In this document: positions 44,182-53,311 of the stretch, piece by piece | How positions within the stretch are numbered: the first letter of the stretch is position 1 | Layout of the letters: the number at the start of each line of letters is the position of its first letter | Assembly: GCA_039679645.1 (NCBI GenBank) | Contig: JBDKUO010000009.1 | Location: 7,168 to 71,167, forward strand | Direction: 5' to 3' | Source of the DNA: Armatimonadota bacterium | Lineage (GTDB): Bacteria; Armatimonadota; UBA5829 | DNA length: 64,000 bases | Made by a program: the position numbers and the translations under genes | Notes under the pieces: model-generated | The model's input: the letters and a program-made list of their open reading frames with translations, nothing else | What the model was told of the DNA's origin: nothing | Databases searched by the model: none

Positions 44182-45392
44182 GAGCCTGCTCCATCAGTCA
44201 GCCTGCCATATGCCGAGAGCAGTTGGCGCCCTACCCTCTCCCACGAGTACTTTTCGCATACCAGAGCGCGGCCGCCTCGACCGATCCTGTCGGCAAGCTC
44301 ACGATCCTTGAGCACTTTGACCACTGCATCTGCAAAGTCCTCTGGCGTGTCGGCAAGCATAAGGTGAGTGCCGGATTCTACTTCAAGCCCCTCAGCTCCC
44401 ACTGAAGTAGAAACGACAGGCAGGCCCATCGCGAGAGCGTTCAATATCTTGACTCGCACACCGCTGCCGGACCGCAGTGGGACTATAAATACGCCGCAGT
44501 CTTTCGAGATTTCGCGAGAATCGCTGACGTATCCGATCACCGCAATCGAAGGATCGGAGGCGAGAGAGCGAATCGACTCCACAGGCTTTTGACCGGCTAT
44601 AGTCAGCTTGCACTCGGGAATCTTAGCCTTAACGAGTGGGTAAATTTCACGATGAAAATACAGCATTGAATCGATATTGGGAGGCCAGTACATAGTGCCT
44701 ATGGAGAGAATATTGTTCGAGCCCTGCACCCGGTCGATATGTTGGAAGTAATCAACGTCCGCACCAATCGGCACAGCCTCTATATTGGTTAGTTCAGGAG
44801 AAAGATCGGTAAGGGTTGACCTATCCTCTTCGCTCACAGTCAGGACCATCGAAGCCCTGCGGCAGATATCCAGCTCATATCTCTGAAGCTTTGGCCACTC
44901 CATCCCCGCATACATCCGCACAGGCAGGCTCTCTGATGTGTCTGCAAGGCGCTTTATAATCATCGACTCTACGTTGTGATGGTCCAGAACGGTCTTGTAC
45001 GCACCATCAAAATCAACAAACTGAGCCATTTGAAGATGGTCAATATGGACCACGTCCGGCTGGAAGTCTGCTATGATCCGATTACACGCGGAGCGCATCT
45101 CATCTCTATAATCACGGCTGACGATGAATGACCTGCCGAGTGTTATCGCACGCAAGAGGTCGGATGCCTGTCTGAACTTGCCGCGCTTTAACGTCACCAG
45201 ATCGACCTTGCAGATCGATTCAAGCTCTTTCAGATGCGCAAGCTCATCGTCCGACCTGATAAACGCCAGCGCTCGCACGTCGTGTTGAGATGCCAGCGCT
45301 TTGAGGGTGTAATACGACTTGATCTTGCCGCCTGAGTCCAGAGGCAAGGGAAATAAATGCGCCAGGAATAGAATTTTGAGGCGTTTAGACAA
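44178..45392 (-). CDS. GT4 family glycosyltransferase
   Basis: 404 aa: FIVPLRSGSGVRVKILNALAMGLPVVST..GAEG, an EX7E-type region. Confidence 0.85.
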   Translation of the reverse strand: MSKRLKILFLAHLFPLPLDSGGKIKSYYTLKALASQHDVRALAFIRSDDELAHLKELESICKVDLVTLKRGKFRQASDLLRAITLGRSFIVSRDYRDEMRSACNRIIADFQPDVVHIDHLQMAQFVDFDGAYKTVLDHHNVESMIIKRLADTSESLPVRMYAGMEWPKLQRYELDICRRASMVLTVSEEDRSTLTDLSPELTNIEAVPIGADVDYFQHIDRVQGSNNILSIGTMYWPPNIDSMLYFHREIYPLVKAKIPECKLTIAGQKPVESIRSLASDPSIAVIGYVSDSREISKDCGVFIVPLRSGSGVRVKILNALAMGLPVVSTSVGAEGLEVESGTHLMLADTPEDFADAVVKVLKDRELADRIGRGGRALVCEKYSWERVGRQLLSAYGRLTDGAGS

Positions 45393-45410
45393 GACGAGCT
45401 TCCTCTTGCA

Positions 45411-46055
45411 CTACTTCATTGCTCGTATCATAGGGTCGGAGGCCGAACGTATGAAGTTTCTGATGTAAGTCATAGTCTCTTCTTCAGAGCCGTAAACACC
45501 GCTTGTGACACGGATGAATGACCAACCTTCTTTCGACGGATGCATACGCGCCAGAGCCATCGAAAACTGCTGCTTTGCGAAACTAGATTCTGCGTGCCTG
45601 CCTTGAGCCATCCAGTAGACCGATATAACCTTGGAGCGGGTGTTCGTATCCACGGCAACCAGCTTCACAGCCGGGGATTTGTGACCGGCATATGGAACAA
45701 GTATGCGTGTCTGAGTGACATTATAGCCAGATCCGCTGAAACACATCTCCGACATGTGCCAGCCGCGCCTGTCTTGACCTTTGTAAACCATCAAAAGGTT
45801 TATCTGGTTGCCGTAATCATCAACATAATCGCGTATAAGGAAATCCTTTTTAACTACCAGCCAGCCCTCCAATGCATCTTTTGTCGGCTCGACATCAGGA
45901 CCATCCGCACGCCAGACTCCGATATGCCTTGGCACTGACGCAAGGTCGGCACTAACCGGCAGCACGGGAGGTTTGCTCCGCGCCCAGTACGTAATGCCGG
46001 TCGATATAACGAGCAATATCAGGACGAGGCAGTAGTTCGGCGTGCGCTTAGCCAT
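45411..46055 (-). CDS. epsI: EpsI-family exosortase-associated protein
   Basis: 214 aa with an N-terminal TM segment. Motifs: VPRHIGVWRADG, LLMVYKGQDRRGWHMSEMCFSGSGYNV (equivalent to the HSP..CLPG.GW motif). It overlaps the exosortase 3' end by 37 nt. Confidence 0.75.
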   Translation of the reverse strand: MAKRTPNYCLVLILLVISTGITYWARSKPPVLPVSADLASVPRHIGVWRADGPDVEPTKDALEGWLVVKKDFLIRDYVDDYGNQINLLMVYKGQDRRGWHMSEMCFSGSGYNVTQTRILVPYAGHKSPAVKLVAVDTNTRSKVISVYWMAQGRHAESSFAKQQFSMALARMHPSKEGWSFIRVTSGVYGSEEETMTYIRNFIRSASDPMIRAMK

Positions 46056-46891
46056 TCAAACCCCCAGTTGATCACGAAAAGCAATATAATAGCCACCAGA
46101 AACAAGATTGGGCTGGACCAATCGTGATATATATGCATCGCATTCTCCCAACCCCACTGGTAACCGACCAGAGCAATAGTAGTAATACGAACTATATTCG
46201 CCGCGAGAGCAATCGGAAGCGACAGTGCAAAGAGTGTCCACTTAAGTGCAGGCCGCAGACGCGTCAGATAGGCAAAGACCGCACTCACACCAACAAGCGC
46301 GACAAGTGAACTCATACCACTACAGGCCGGAGCCACTTCAAACTGGTAACCTTCGACCGATATCTGGATGCCCGCACGAGAGACATCAAGCCCGAGGAAA
46401 CTGAGTATGTGGGCAGTCGATCCGCTGGCAAGAAGCTGCATCGGCAACCCCACACGGTCGATCAGCCCACCAGGCACAGGGATCATAAAGACCATATAAG
46501 CAAGCGGAAATGCCATCAGCTTGAGAAGCCCCTTGCCATGAAAATAAAGGCATCCGCCGATCAGCACGATTATTATTGATACGCCGGACGGACCCGACAG
46601 GTCCAGGAGTGTGCCTGACAGGTGTAATAACAGCCCAATGAGAATAAGCACAAGCCCCCATATAGATGGCGACTTTGTGAGCCCTGCAGTATCCGGCCAC
46701 TTCTTCCATACAAAATAACCGGATACGAGTGGTACCAGAAATCCCAGGCTGTACTGTGCATCTTCTATCCATTTATCACGCAAATAGCCCAGTGTCGGGA
46801 TATACATTATGACGGCAGCCGCTATAATCACGAAAACCCATGCACGCGCTCGCCGATCATGCCCTTTGCCGATGCCATCGATAGTTGACAT
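46019..46891 (-). CDS. exosortase (XrtA/EpsH-type)
   Basis: 290-aa polytopic protein with the catalytic-triad context: APACSGMSSLVAL (Cys), ANIVRITTIAL (Arg), and HIYHDWSSPILF (His). Confidence 0.85.
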   Translation of the reverse strand: MSTIDGIGKGHDRRARAWVFVIIAAAVIMYIPTLGYLRDKWIEDAQYSLGFLVPLVSGYFVWKKWPDTAGLTKSPSIWGLVLILIGLLLHLSGTLLDLSGPSGVSIIIVLIGGCLYFHGKGLLKLMAFPLAYMVFMIPVPGGLIDRVGLPMQLLASGSTAHILSFLGLDVSRAGIQISVEGYQFEVAPACSGMSSLVALVGVSAVFAYLTRLRPALKWTLFALSLPIALAANIVRITTIALVGYQWGWENAMHIYHDWSSPILFLVAIILLFVINWGFEWLSARRTTASS

Positions 46892-47278
46892 ATTGTTGAC
46901 TCCAAATCGCCTGCCGCTTGTATTGGAATTATACTAAATAGACTAATATACCTTCTGATATTCAGTGAATAATTCCATATTGCGTCATCAAGCCGTTAGT
47001 CTTCGTTTCTCGTGTTGTCGCTCAACATCTGCCACTTTTCGCTGAGGCATTTCTTTTCTGTAATATGCCACGAAAGCACGGTAAACAAGAGAGTATCAGA
47101 TCGAAAAGCAGCATTCAAAGCGAAACGTTTATGGGATCAGGAAGGGAATTTGTCACAAATACACACGTTAACACATTGGAATCATGCTGCAACAATGTGC
47201 CGAAGCATTTGCAGACCTATGCTCACGAAAATAGCCGACAAACGGCAAATCCTAACCGGCGGACCGAGCACAAATGCC

Positions 47279-48202
47279 CTAAGCATCTATGTTTTTTCGA
47301 GCAACGACTGCAATAATGTCTCTGAAATTCAGCTTAATGAACCCTGAGGCACGAGGTTCACGGGAAAGATTTTCATCGTGACTAGCCGAACCGGCATTAC
47401 CAGTCAGCCGTCTTAGCCATCCCAATAAATGCTCCGCAGTCATCAGCCTTGACGGATACCACAAATCAACAGGTAAAAAACCACTGTCCTCAAGAGCCTT
47501 TTCCAGCGTTCGGCGATTAAAGAAATTAAGATGGTCTTTCACAAAGTGCCTGTGATATCCCCTGAAGAGCTTAGCCGCAAAAACACTTAAGTTAGGAACC
47601 TCAATCACCACTATTCCACCAGGTTTAAGCAGACTGTTGATTATACGCAACTCGCGCACAGGATCGACTAAATGCTCAAACACCTGAAAACTGGTAATTA
47701 CATCAAAACTACCCTGTTCGAATGTATCCTCGCTTAAAGTATTAGTGACTACATTCAGTCCATAATGACTACGGGCATAAATTGATGGCCCCAGTAACGG
47801 TTCGACACCCTGACAAGTCCAACCAGCTTGGCCGGCAACATCCAGGAACACTCCGCAAAAACACCCAATGTCAAGCAGCCGACCGGGAGGCGAAATTGTG
47901 CAGCTTATTCTCTGCAAAGCAGACTGAGCGTTTTTTCTCTTCGCGTACTCCTCACTCATATAATTGCTGATCAATGACTTTTCCCACTGTGTAAGGTGGG
48001 AAAGGTCTGAACTATTCAGTAGATCTATTGGCTGCCCACTAAGAACAGGTCCATCTTCAATTAGTGCTTTAGTATCTTCTATTGGGCATATAAAAAGAAA
48101 GTCACAAGATGCACATTTCACCAAAGGGCCAGGTGACTTCTTTGAACGGTAAAGCTGCATATAGTCGGTAGACCCACAAAGTGGACAACATTGTCTGTTC
48201 AT
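47279..48202 (-). CDS. class I SAM-dependent methyltransferase with N-terminal zinc ribbon
   Basis: 307 aa: CPLCGS...CASCDF, SAM motif I LLDIGCFCGVFLD, and LKPGGIVVIEVPN. Confidence 0.8.
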   Translation of the reverse strand: MNRQCCPLCGSTDYMQLYRSKKSPGPLVKCASCDFLFICPIEDTKALIEDGPVLSGQPIDLLNSSDLSHLTQWEKSLISNYMSEEYAKRKNAQSALQRISCTISPPGRLLDIGCFCGVFLDVAGQAGWTCQGVEPLLGPSIYARSHYGLNVVTNTLSEDTFEQGSFDVITSFQVFEHLVDPVRELRIINSLLKPGGIVVIEVPNLSVFAAKLFRGYHRHFVKDHLNFFNRRTLEKALEDSGFLPVDLWYPSRLMTAEHLLGWLRRLTGNAGSASHDENLSREPRASGFIKLNFRDIIAVVARKNIDA

Positions 48203-48218
48203 AATCTCCCTTTACACT

Positions 48219-51200
48219 TCAGTGCACAACCGCACTGAATGTTCTTGTTCCGGTCTGTTGAGCCGGTAAATAATCAATAACCCAACTTACATATCCTGTC
48301 TGCGCGTTCAACGTGCCGCCGGATTTTTCTGCGCTTCCAGAAACGTAGTCCATTTCAGCCGGAACTCGAGCAGAAATCGTTACATTGTGTGCGTCAGTTG
48401 ACCCACTGTTTGTATATTCTACAGTGATGGTAACAGCCTGACCTGGAATAACTTGCGCCGACGGCACGATCACTCGCAAGTCGATCTTGGCCGGCTTGAG
48501 ATATATCTTATAGGCCGCATCCGAAACCAGGCTGTCGACATGAATTGTTATGTTTCCATCACTGCACGTATAAGCACCCGTGGAATCGATTGCGCCGGTG
48601 GATGTATTCCACTTCTCGATGACATATTCCCCGTTCTTAAAACCGGATATCGTGACATCACCCGTCGCTTGAGCGACACTTACTCCGTCCACTACATTCT
48701 TCCAGTTGTATGGGATATTATCGACCCATATGTGGGCGCAGTTGTTTGTAAGGTCTTTTTGACCAATCGCGCGGATGCTGGTATTCGAAACACTGGCCGA
48801 TGCATCCACGTAATGGGAATTTGCCAAAGGAATGCCTGAAATGAAGCTTTGGAACGCCCTAAAATAGTTCCACTTGTTCTTTCTGGATATGTTGTCATTC
48901 CAATAATAGAGCATAGTTGGGCACTGCGCGCCGCAGTGGGCCCATATCATTTTCTTCAGGTGAATGACATCAAGATCGTCGACCAAGTGCTGATTCTCAT
49001 CATCAAAGGTGTAGCCTTTATATGGCGAGCCAAGTTCATTAGTGCCATCAATTCCCGTCTCGCCCCACACACAAGGCTTCGAGATTCTGCCGGCATAGCT
49101 ACGCAACAGCCTGCCGAATTTTAAGGTTGCCGCGGCAGTATCATTATCGATGCGCTCAGACTCGAAGCCGCCGTCAAAAAACAGATTCTCACCAGTGGTC
49201 TCATCTATAAATTCGATGTCGTCAATCCAAAAGTGGCTTGAACCTGAAGCCTGCCTTGTACACATCGGATATATCGTTGCAGTATTTGCCGCTGAAGCAG
49301 GAACAATACCCTTCTGAGTAAAGCATGTCCAGCTATAGGTTCCATAATCCGCTGATATCCAGGTCTGTGCAACAAAATCATTTTCGTGATATGCTTTTGA
49401 CCAGACCAGATATATGCCTGGATGCACTGTGTTTATGGGATTTGAGACATTGTCAGCCTTGGCCCAAAAACGGACTGTGTAGCTGTGCGAAGGATTAATG
49501 CCGACATGATACGCTCCACCGGGCAAGTATTGAAACACACCAGGACCAGTGCTCGGTTGAGGGGTTAGTTTGAGTGATTGCACACCATTGTGATGCTCAG
49601 CGGCATCGAATTCTATTGTTCCCGCACTACTGGATGAGGGCAAAGCAGATATCCCGTCCAAAGCGCCATACACTCGTGGACCGTGGCTGAAGACTCGAGG
49701 ACCTATGTACTCGTGACAATCCAGGTAATCACAGGAAGACGATTTCCAAAACTCCATCGGGATGGAGTGCCAAAATGATGTTGCACACAGAGACTTGTTG
49801 GGACTAATCGAGTGAACAAAGTCGGCCATTGCATTTGCGGCATCATAGTGGCTAGCATCGAATGGGTCTCCCTCATTGCAAAACTCCCATGAGTGCATGG
49901 ACGCATAACAACTCCAGCGGGCAACCATATACCGCCACCAGGCTTTCTGCAGCCAGCGTGAAGGATGGGTTGTTGAGGCATACACATTGCTGACGGAATA
50001 AGACCCGGTTGTGCCGTCAGGATTTATGCAGCCGAGTGTATAATCAGCCTTTTCCAGCATTACCGCCTTAATGTAGACTCCGTCATTTTTGGCGGCTGAG
50101 TATATGTGGTCTATTTTCCATGCGTTTATTTGATCCACATAGTTCTGAGCGTCGAAATCCCCCTTGGACAGATAGTCACCAGACCAGGTCACTCCACCGT
50201 CCGTTGACTTCTTGAGGGAAATATCGTCAAAATAGGCGATCCCCGCAGACCCTTCATTGCGGCAGCCGATCGAAATTTGAGCACTTGATGCAGGTGTGTA
50301 ATCCAAAGTGATCGTCTGCCAGTCATTATCGCCGGTAAGATTGGTGCTCTTTACGTTATTGATGTAGAAGTATGCACCGGTCCCGGTAATGCCCGATGTG
50401 CGGATATGACCTGTGAGTCTGTATAACGCGCCGCTGCCAAGGTATACTCTCTGAAATGTATTCGCCCCCGCAGCCACACTTGCGCAATATCTGTCTGAAG
50501 GCTTAAACCCACCTGTGTTCGACAGGGATAGACAGAAGTTCCATATCGCGTTCCAGCTTGATAACCCGAACGGTGTCTGCCACTGAATGTTCGTAAACAT
50601 AACACGCACTATCTTTACATCGTTGTCACCACACGTCTGAAGCAATGAATCGGCGAGGTATGTTGTCTTGATGTCAGGCAAGTTCATTCCTGGTCCCGAG
50701 AGCACTGTGCCGTCAGACAAACAAAAATACCGCGGGTCCATCTCGCTCACTTGAACAAGGCCGTGGTTAGTTGATGATACACATACAAACGAGGATTCAC
50801 TGCTGATGGTGGTACCGCCGGAGTCGGTAACGCGAATTTTACACTTCCACGTTCCGGTTATAGTAGGTGCAAACCTTATAAGCCACAATGGACTGCCGAC
50901 CGGGGTTATGGACTCATCCAGAAAGTTGGAGCCATCGCCGGTAACCAACTGTCGTTCGCAATCCTGATAATAGAAACCAGGCACTACAATGGTCGTAGCC
51001 CAGTCGTCATTTGAAAAAAGACCGTCGACAGTAACTCCTGCCTTTGCATTGATTCCCGCAGGAGGAGATTCATCGTATGGCCAATATGGATTGGTAGCCG
51101 TAGTATCAATCTCTGCCGACAACTCAATAACATCATACAGGCCAACACTCTCGGTCGACAGTTGCAAATTGTGCACAGATGGAGTGCAGTGAGCCGGTGT

Positions 51201-51263
51201 TGATACTATTAGACCAATCAATAATACGAAAAGAACCTGGCAGCAACGCATTATTGCTTTCAT
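48219..51263 (-). CDS. secreted multidomain glycoside hydrolase-like protein (clan GH-A TIM barrel + two CBM-like jelly rolls + C-terminal DUF11/CARDB-like domain)
   Basis: The probable start is MKAIMRCCQVLFVLLIGLIV at 51263, preceded by GGGAGGGAG (the ORF track starts at 51281). WEFCNEGDP is an NE acid/base-like motif and VWGETGIDG an nucleophile-like motif. CBM4_9-like segments end in IAYFDDISL and FWIDDIEFIDE. The C-terminus reads VTITVEYTNSGSTDAHNVTISARVP. Confidence 0.55.
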   Translation of the reverse strand: MKAIMRCCQVLFVLLIGLIVSTPAHCTPSVHNLQLSTESVGLYDVIELSAEIDTTATNPYWPYDESPPAGINAKAGVTVDGLFSNDDWATTIVVPGFYYQDCERQLVTGDGSNFLDESITPVGSPLWLIRFAPTITGTWKCKIRVTDSGGTTISSESSFVCVSSTNHGLVQVSEMDPRYFCLSDGTVLSGPGMNLPDIKTTYLADSLLQTCGDNDVKIVRVMFTNIQWQTPFGLSSWNAIWNFCLSLSNTGGFKPSDRYCASVAAGANTFQRVYLGSGALYRLTGHIRTSGITGTGAYFYINNVKSTNLTGDNDWQTITLDYTPASSAQISIGCRNEGSAGIAYFDDISLKKSTDGGVTWSGDYLSKGDFDAQNYVDQINAWKIDHIYSAAKNDGVYIKAVMLEKADYTLGCINPDGTTGSYSVSNVYASTTHPSRWLQKAWWRYMVARWSCYASMHSWEFCNEGDPFDASHYDAANAMADFVHSISPNKSLCATSFWHSIPMEFWKSSSCDYLDCHEYIGPRVFSHGPRVYGALDGISALPSSSSAGTIEFDAAEHHNGVQSLKLTPQPSTGPGVFQYLPGGAYHVGINPSHSYTVRFWAKADNVSNPINTVHPGIYLVWSKAYHENDFVAQTWISADYGTYSWTCFTQKGIVPASAANTATIYPMCTRQASGSSHFWIDDIEFIDETTGENLFFDGGFESERIDNDTAAATLKFGRLLRSYAGRISKPCVWGETGIDGTNELGSPYKGYTFDDENQHLVDDLDVIHLKKMIWAHCGAQCPTMLYYWNDNISRKNKWNYFRAFQSFISGIPLANSHYVDASASVSNTSIRAIGQKDLTNNCAHIWVDNIPYNWKNVVDGVSVAQATGDVTISGFKNGEYVIEKWNTSTGAIDSTGAYTCSDGNITIHVDSLVSDAAYKIYLKPAKIDLRVIVPSAQVIPGQAVTITVEYTNSGSTDAHNVTISARVPAEMDYVSGSAEKSGGTLNAQTGYVSWVIDYLPAQQTGTRTFSAVVH

Positions 51264-51286
51264 ATATACACTCCCTCCCATAAAGC

Positions 51287-52174
51287 CTACAGCCGTACAG
51301 TTTCCTTTAGCAAACCGAAAATCGACCTTGGGCGTCGCAAATCACCGGATAAAGCCGAACGCAAGCCGACAGCGCAGAGTAACACCCCGGTCCTCAGCAT
51401 CAGTAAAAACTTGAATGCAGAAGCATAAACCCTGCCGTAATGACGCCGCATAAAGTTTGTCTTGCTCCTATAGAGCTGCACCAGCATTTTATCTGCCATC
51501 TGCCTAGTGCTCTGCCCGCCGAAGTGAGTAATGGTAAGACCCGGCCAATGACAAATCCTCCAGCCTCGTCTTCTAATTCTGTAACACCAATCGGTCTCCT
51601 CGGAATACATAAAGTATCCCTCATCCATTGAGCCAACCTGCTCAATACAAGCACGTCTTAGCGTCATGCACTGCCCGCCAATCCATTTGGTATCAAAGGT
51701 CTCGTCCACAGATCGATTATAAATGAGTTTGTAGGCCGCCAAACGCATCGATTCCGGCAGCAACTCCCAACAGATAGATGGATAATAATCATACCAGTTC
51801 TGCTGCAAACTGCCGTCAGCATTTAGGCAATGACAACCGGCCACTCCAATCGACGGGTTATTGCGTAGAAAATTGACCACACTCTCAAGGCTTGACTGAA
51901 CAATAGTATCAGAATTAAGCAACATAAAGAAGTCGCCACTCGAAATGCCGTATGCCTGATTGTTTGCAGACGCAAACCCGACATTAGAGTGATTTACTAT
52001 AACTTTTACCTCCGGATAACGATTCGAGACCATCTCGACGGAACCGTCGGAAGATGCATTGTCAACAACGATGACCTCAAAATCGATCGACCCGGCATGA
52101 CTATATACGGATTTCAGGCAGGCGTCCAAAATGTCGCGTGTATTCCAACTGACTATCGAAATAGACAGATCCAT
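51287..52174 (-). CDS. GT2 family glycosyltransferase
   Basis: 295 aa: ISIVSWNTRD, VIVVDNASSDGS, LLNSDT, and the GGQCMTLRR region. Confidence 0.85.
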   Translation of the reverse strand: MDLSISIVSWNTRDILDACLKSVYSHAGSIDFEVIVVDNASSDGSVEMVSNRYPEVKVIVNHSNVGFASANNQAYGISSGDFFMLLNSDTIVQSSLESVVNFLRNNPSIGVAGCHCLNADGSLQQNWYDYYPSICWELLPESMRLAAYKLIYNRSVDETFDTKWIGGQCMTLRRACIEQVGSMDEGYFMYSEETDWCYRIRRRGWRICHWPGLTITHFGGQSTRQMADKMLVQLYRSKTNFMRRHYGRVYASAFKFLLMLRTGVLLCAVGLRSALSGDLRRPRSIFGLLKETVRL

Positions 52175-52180
52175 AGTACT

Positions 52181-53311
52181 TTAACACCTGCCGGCAGAGC
52201 CTAGATTTGATGGCAATCTTGTACCTGTAAGTACATAATATGGTGATACGGCCAACGCAGACCGGTTGTTCATCAACGTTATAGCTTTATTAAGCAGTCC
52301 GCATAGTGCCCGCCTGGCCGGATTTGACCCAAGCCTCCAGTAACCGCACAAAACATCAAACTCAAAGCCCTGCGAAACAAGGGTTTTGCCAAGTTCATAC
52401 GGGTCCATCAGATGCTCCGCCCAATTTCCACTATAGGGGTCACATGTATTGGTGGGATGCTGCAGCCCGTTAGGCATCTTGCCGGTATCCAAAAGATTGT
52501 CCACCGCTGCTTTTATGTCATCCATCGCCAGTCCGCGAGTCCGACGCGCCAATACCGCCAGTTTGCTATCATCCATGGTACGGTCGAGTTGGGTCAGATA
52601 TGTCTTGATAATGGACTCGCGCTCACGAACAAATGCCTTTGAACAATCAGCATCTCTTAACCCAGGATCAGGATCGCGATCATAGTTTTCAACCCGGTGT
52701 TGATGCTTCATCAGCCTGCGCCGAACCAACCAATTGAACGGATTTGCACCGGTTGCCATAACAAAACGAATGAAGCCGTCAGTAAGATGGCAGCACTCAC
52801 AGAGAAAACTCTCGATGTCATATATATGCTCGATGACCTCATTCGATATCAATACGCAATATTCCGGTCTTATATTGCGTAAAACACCGGCCAGTTGGTC
52901 GATGTCTCCGCACACATATTGATCCGCACGCAAGCCGACAGCGTCCGCAATAGTCTGAGCGTCACGACAAGACTCATCGCAAATGTCATTGTAAATCACG
53001 TTGCCGAAACCAATGCTTTTGGCAAGCAGCGAGGTAATCCCCGTGCCGCCACCGTGGTCGACAAACGACATTCGCTCAATTTGATCCTCCACACCCGCCG
53101 ATGCTAAAGCAATCTCATAGGTAAAACGCATGACCCGCTCGTCATAGTTCCGCACATACTCGGAAAAGCTCTCAGAGCAGTATCCAGAAACGGGCAACTC
53201 CGATAAATTCAAAGAGCACAGCGTACCCTTCAGTTCATCGGCAGCATTTTCAATTCGAGAAAGTGCTGCGTCCGATATTGGATATATTAAATTGTCGTAG
53301 AAGTATTTCAT
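52181..53311 (-). CDS. SAM-dependent methyltransferase-like protein
   Basis: The start MKYFYDN at 53311 forms an ATGA overlap with the upstream gene's stop; the ORF-track start at 53377 would overlap that gene by 70 nt. The glycine-rich motif is FVDHGGGTGITSLLAKSIG, followed by YNDI. Confidence 0.6.
   Translation of the reverse strand: MKYFYDNLIYPISDAALSRIENAADELKGTLCSLNLSELPVSGYCSESFSEYVRNYDERVMRFTYEIALASAGVEDQIERMSFVDHGGGTGITSLLAKSIGFGNVIYNDICDESCRDAQTIADAVGLRADQYVCGDIDQLAGVLRNIRPEYCVLISNEVIEHIYDIESFLCECCHLTDGFIRFVMATGANPFNWLVRRRLMKHQHRVENYDRDPDPGLRDADCSKAFVRERESIIKTYLTQLDRTMDDSKLAVLARRTRGLAMDDIKAAVDNLLDTGKMPNGLQHPTNTCDPYSGNWAEHLMDPYELGKTLVSQGFEFDVLCGYWRLGSNPARRALCGLLNKAITLMNNRSALAVSPYYVLTGTRLPSNLGSAGRC

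Noticed and set aside
47012-47347. 111-aa and 83-aa plus-strand ORFs in the exosortase upstream spacer
   Set aside because: No RBS, no motifs, and a biased composition. They extend antisense into the methyltransferase gene. The spacer is better explained as a regulatory region.
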